From Candidatus Omnitrophota bacterium (GTDB taxonomy: Bacteria > Omnitrophota > Gorgyraeia > JABMRG01 > JAFGKX01), in assembly GCA_020354945.1 (NCBI GenBank), contig CP070655.1, forward strand, positions 675,024-693,928: a stretch of 18,905 bases of DNA, in the 5' to 3' direction. The notes under the pieces were generated by a model that was not told the origin of the DNA, made no database searches, and saw only the letters and a list, made by a program, of their open reading frames with translations. Position numbers and translations under genes: made by a program. This document shows, piece after piece, positions 15,660-18,905 of the stretch (its first letter is position 1; each line of letters opens with the position of its first letter).

Positions 15660-17666
15660 CTATTCTATCTGTGAATAATCAGCCGATAATAGAACTTCTT
15701 TACCGAAAGATGAGACAAAGGCCTCTCTAATCTTTTTGCCCTCTTTCGTCTTTACAGGGATATTTTGAAGATTCGGATTTGATGAACTTAATCTTCCTGT
15801 GGCGGTAACTGTTTGATTAAAAGACGTATGCACTTTAGTTGTTTTTGGATTTATTAACTGCGGCAGGGCATCAACGTATGTAGATTTTAGCTTGGCCAAT
15901 TCCCTATATTCTAACAGCGATCCACAGATAGGGTGTTGAGTTGCTAACCTTTTTAATACTTCCACATCAGTAGAAAGTCCGGTTTTGGTCCTTTTTACTA
16001 TTGGTAATTTTAATTTTTCAAATAATACCATAGCCAGCTGTTTTGGCGAATTTATATTAAATTCACAACCTGCAATTTCGTAAATTTGCGAAGCAATGTT
16101 TGCCAGGCGCAAAGACATCTCAGAAGAAATCTTCTCTAAACGGGGTTTATCTATCGATACGCCATTATATTCCATCTGGGCCAATACCTCAATAAGGGGT
16201 ATTTCTACATCACATAACAGCTTGTATAGATTTTTCTCCTTTAGTTTCTTTTCTAAAATCTCTTTAAGCCTGAAAGCGACATCGCTATCTTCGCAGCAAT
16301 ATTCACACACCAAAGCTGGTTCTACTTTATCCATAGTAATGGCCGTCTTGCCTTTTCCTAAAAGCTCTGTAATCTGGGTTGGCTTATAATCTAAGTATTC
16401 GAGGCATATACCAGATAGATTATGATTTGCTTTTGATGGATTGAGCAAATAGGAACCGACCATGGTATCAAAATATATACCTTTTAATTCTATCTTTCTG
16501 TTGGCCAACAGCAGCTTTTCATATTTTATATTCTGCCCGATCTTTTTTATCTTTTCGTTTTCAAAAAATGGCCTTAAAGATTCTAATATCTCTTCGGTAG
16601 AAGGGAAATTCTTCCCACCACCTGTAAAAGATATATATTGGGCATATCCCTTTCTCCAGCAGAAGGAAACACCCACAAGTTCAGCTAACATGGGGTCGGT
16701 GTTGGTGGTCTCAAAATCAAAACTAACCTCATCTGCTTTTAAGAGTTGCTTAATCAAATCATCCAGCTCTTTTTTATTTTGGAGCATCTTATAATCTGTC
16801 TTCAACTTAGATTTCGGGGCATATTCTTCCAATAAGCTTTTAAACTCTAACTTCTTAAAAAGCTGATAAAGTTTTTCTCTATCTGGTTCGGTCAGCTTTA
16901 ATCTTTGAAAATCTACATCTATATCGACATCTGTATCTATCTCAGCCAGTTCTTTGCTAAGATAAGCGAGCTCTTTGTTTTCTTCAAGAAGCCTCCTTTG
17001 CGGCTTACTTTTAATTTTATCTATATTATTATATAGGCTTTCCAGTGTGCCATATTTCTTTATCAGTTCTACCGCTGTCTTTTCGCCTATACCAGATACA
17101 CCGGGAATATTATCGCTCATATCTCCCATAAGGGCCATTATATCGACTATATTTTCAGGTTTAACTCCATACTTTTTTAGAACTTGTTTTTTATCATATA
17201 TTAAGCCGTCTTTGTGAGTGCTGTAAACCATTATGCGCTTATCTATCAGCTGCAAGGCATCTTTATCTCCAGTTGCAATAAAGGCCTCTATTCCTTTTCT
17301 GGCAGCGGCTTTGGCTAAAGTGCCTATTACGTCATCTGCCTCAAAGCCGCTCTTTTCGTATATCGCTATATTGTAAGCATCGAGCACTTCTTTTATAATG
17401 GGTAACTGCTGAAATAAGCTATCCGGCATAGGACGCCTTTGTATCTTGTATTTATCGTATCTTTTATGTCTAAATGTTGGCGCTCCTAAATCAAAACAAA
17501 CTCCTATATAGTCTGGCTGACACTGCTGGATAATCTTTCTTAGCATATTAACAAATCCATATACTGCATTGGTAGGGAATCCCCTGGAATCGGTCAATCC
17601 TTTTATAGCATAATATGCTCGGTAACAAAAAGAGTTGCCGTCTATTAAATATAACTTTTTCCCCAT
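15660..17666 (-). CDS. polA: DNA polymerase I, N-terminal part (5'-3' exonuclease, 3'-5' exonuclease, thumb, start of motif A)
   Basis: LIDGNS, PTNAVYGF, FEADDVIGTL, GDKD, GDMSDNIPGV.GIGEKTA, FDFET, FNINSPKQL, KLKSTY, TATGRLSSSNPNLQNIP, ADYSQIE. Confidence 0.92.
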   Translation of the reverse strand: MGKKLYLIDGNSFCYRAYYAIKGLTDSRGFPTNAVYGFVNMLRKIIQQCQPDYIGVCFDLGAPTFRHKRYDKYKIQRRPMPDSLFQQLPIIKEVLDAYNIAIYEKSGFEADDVIGTLAKAAARKGIEAFIATGDKDALQLIDKRIMVYSTHKDGLIYDKKQVLKKYGVKPENIVDIMALMGDMSDNIPGVSGIGEKTAVELIKKYGTLESLYNNIDKIKSKPQRRLLEENKELAYLSKELAEIDTDVDIDVDFQRLKLTEPDREKLYQLFKKLEFKSLLEEYAPKSKLKTDYKMLQNKKELDDLIKQLLKADEVSFDFETTNTDPMLAELVGVSFCWRKGYAQYISFTGGGKNFPSTEEILESLRPFFENEKIKKIGQNIKYEKLLLANRKIELKGIYFDTMVGSYLLNPSKANHNLSGICLEYLDYKPTQITELLGKGKTAITMDKVEPALVCEYCCEDSDVAFRLKEILEKKLKEKNLYKLLCDVEIPLIEVLAQMEYNGVSIDKPRLEKISSEMSLRLANIASQIYEIAGCEFNINSPKQLAMVLFEKLKLPIVKRTKTGLSTDVEVLKRLATQHPICGSLLEYRELAKLKSTYVDALPQLINPKTTKVHTSFNQTVTATGRLSSSNPNLQNIPVKTKEGKKIREAFVSSFGKEVLLSADYSQIE

Positions 17667-17830
17667 ATTTTTTGTTAATGTTTATTAGGTATGTTACGGA
17701 TAGAAAACCCAGTAGGGAGGCAAAATTAATCCGCTAAGGTTCGGTGTTAGATAATTCCTCTATTATTTTAGTGATAGAAATACTAAATATATTGATCTGT
17801 CTAATATCCTGCTCTTTTACAGGTATACTT

Positions 17831-17860
17831 AATATAACATACGCATAAATTACTTGTCAA
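17831..17860 (-). promoter_or_regulatory. Sigma70-type promoter upstream of polA
   Basis: Minus strand TTGACA (17860-17855) - 18 nt - TATATT (17836-17831) with a TGn extended -10. Confidence 0.7.
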
Positions 17861-18016
17861 GGATTTAAGTGGAGAGCTCTTTGAAAGTCTAAAATATACA
17901 AAGCTCTCTGAGGTCTCTGATGTAATTTTGTGGAGTTTTCAAGAGGCCTCAAGTGGCGGAGTTCCCCCAATTTTTTAGAGTCTTCAGATAACGTTTAAAT
18001 ACTGATTTTTCTCGCT

Positions 18017-18904
18017 TTAATCTTCCTCTCCAAATATACATGACCTATCTTTTCCTAAACGCTTTGCCTGATACATAGCAGAATCTATCTTTTCAATTAG
18101 TTCATCTTTGGATGTTCCATCCTCAGGAAAACCGGCCAGGCCAATGCTTACCGTAACAGGCAACTTTTGTTTCATTGAATCGTGTATCCGTTTACATATC
18201 TCTGCTCCATTCTGTTTCGATGCCTGGGGCAGGAGAATAACAAATTCCTCTCCTCCATATCGAAAGACCATATCTACGCTGCGGACTGCCTGCATAAAAG
18301 ATTTGGCAATTTTTTTAAGGAGTTCGTCTCCGGCTAGATGACCATGGGTATCATTGTACTTTTTGAAGTCGTCAATGTCAATCATCAGTAAAGAAAACGA
18401 TTGGGAATAGCGTTTTGCCCGCGCTATCTCTCGTGGAAGAACATCGTGAAAATGACGATGGTTGTAAATGCCAGTTAAATCATCCAAAATGGACAGTTCT
18501 TGATAAAACTCTTTCTGCTCGGCTTCCTTTAATAAATAGTGTCTTTCTACGGCGCGGCGTAAGACTACTTTTATCTCTTCAATATTAAAAGGCTTAGTAA
18601 TGTAATCATAAGCACCTTCGCGGATAGCCTCTGCCGCTGATTCTACAGAAGGGTAGGCGGTAATGACAATAATACATACATCCATATTAATTGCCTTAAC
18701 TTTTTCTAAAAGCTCCAGGCCACCCATTCCCGGCATCTTCAAATCAGTAATTATTACAGCGTAGCCATCAGTTTTGGCCTTTTCTAATGCCTCTATTCCA
18801 GTAGCTACAGCCCTGACCTCATAACCGATATCGGTTATGAGGTCAGTTAAAAGACTACGCATTACTTCTTCGTCATCAACAACTAATATCTTTACTTTAT
18901 CCTT
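18017..18904 (-). CDS. Response regulator with diguanylate cyclase output (REC-GGDEF); 5' end lies outside the window
   Basis: Frame stays open upstream of ATG 18862 (KDKVKILVVDDEEV); REC motifs ITDLKMPG, ITAY, GAYDYITKPF; GGDEF domain D.LTG.YN, DIDDFK.YND..GH..GD, RSVD I-site, RYGGEEF. Confidence 0.95.
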   Translation of the reverse strand, partial: KDKVKILVVDDEEVMRSLLTDLITDIGYEVRAVATGIEALEKAKTDGYAVIITDLKMPGMGGLELLEKVKAINMDVCIIVITAYPSVESAAEAIREGAYDYITKPFNIEEIKVVLRRAVERHYLLKEAEQKEFYQELSILDDLTGIYNHRHFHDVLPREIARAKRYSQSFSLLMIDIDDFKKYNDTHGHLAGDELLKKIAKSFMQAVRSVDMVFRYGGEEFVILLPQASKQNGAEICKRIHDSMKQKLPVTVSIGLAGFPEDGTSKDELIEKIDSAMYQAKRLGKDRSCIFGEED

Positions 18905-18905
18905 A

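Larger units (their letters stand above)
15009..17666 (-). pseudogene. polA: DNA polymerase I, full-length single frame (886 codons) interrupted by one in-frame TAG at 15660-15662; nonsense allele, sequence error or readthrough unresolved
   Basis: The two ORFs share a frame; junction reads GAT TAT TCA CAG ATA GAA TAG CGA ATA TTA GCC CAT TTA TCA = DYSQIE*RILAHLS versus canonical DYSQIELRILAHLS. Confidence 0.75.

Noticed and set aside
15660-15662. Genome-wide TAG reassignment (alternative genetic code)
   Set aside because: Only one internal TAG among 19 genes, RF1 has intact PVT and GGQ motifs, and rho and coaE end with TAG at their expected lengths.
15627-15662. Intron, intein or frameshift splitting polA
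   Set aside because: Both halves are in the same frame and the junction has the canonical residue sequence with no inserted DNA.
17695-17760. Loose resemblance on the + strand to a c-di-GMP-I riboswitch (AAACCC...GGGAGGCAAAA...CTAAG)
   Set aside because: No GNRA-capped stem of suitable length, no convincing P2, and no downstream plus-strand gene; cmscan with RF01051 would settle it.
1456-18341. All plus-strand ORFs in the track, plus the alternate-frame minus ORF 3575-3778
   Set aside because: They overlap confidently identified genes or repeat elements and show no recognisable motifs; treated as shadow ORFs.

Overview
AT-rich bacterial chromosomal window. All 19 real genes lie on the minus strand. 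A REC-GGDEF diguanylate cyclase (5'-truncated by the window edge) is followed by a sigma70-like promoter and a probable superoperon: polA-coaE-rho-rpmE-prfA-prmC-murA-rpsP-trmD-rplS-rnhB-fhs-fchA-folD-metV-metF-(HAMP-GAF-HD-GYP)-panB. The gene order (polA-coaE-rho; rpmE-prfA-prmC; rpsP-trmD-rplS-rnhB without rimM) resembles PVC-superphylum bacteria, and Omnitrophota is a plausible but unproven guess. Three things stand out. (1) polA is intact except for one in-frame TAG at the Leu of polymerase motif A (DYSQIE*R). (2) An acetogen-type THF methyl-branch cluster is translationally coupled to ribosomal genes, and its FolD carries a K-to-Q change that predicts loss of cyclohydrolase activity, next to an fchA. 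(3) Most spacers and some coding regions hold small structured elements: two large hairpins with different stem sequences but shared tandem G.A motifs on the antisense strand, a palindrome repeated just upstream of the RBS of both rho and rpsP, REP-like palindromes inside prmC and fchA, and five heptamer arrays of four unit types. No rRNA, tRNA, CRISPR array or transposase was seen.
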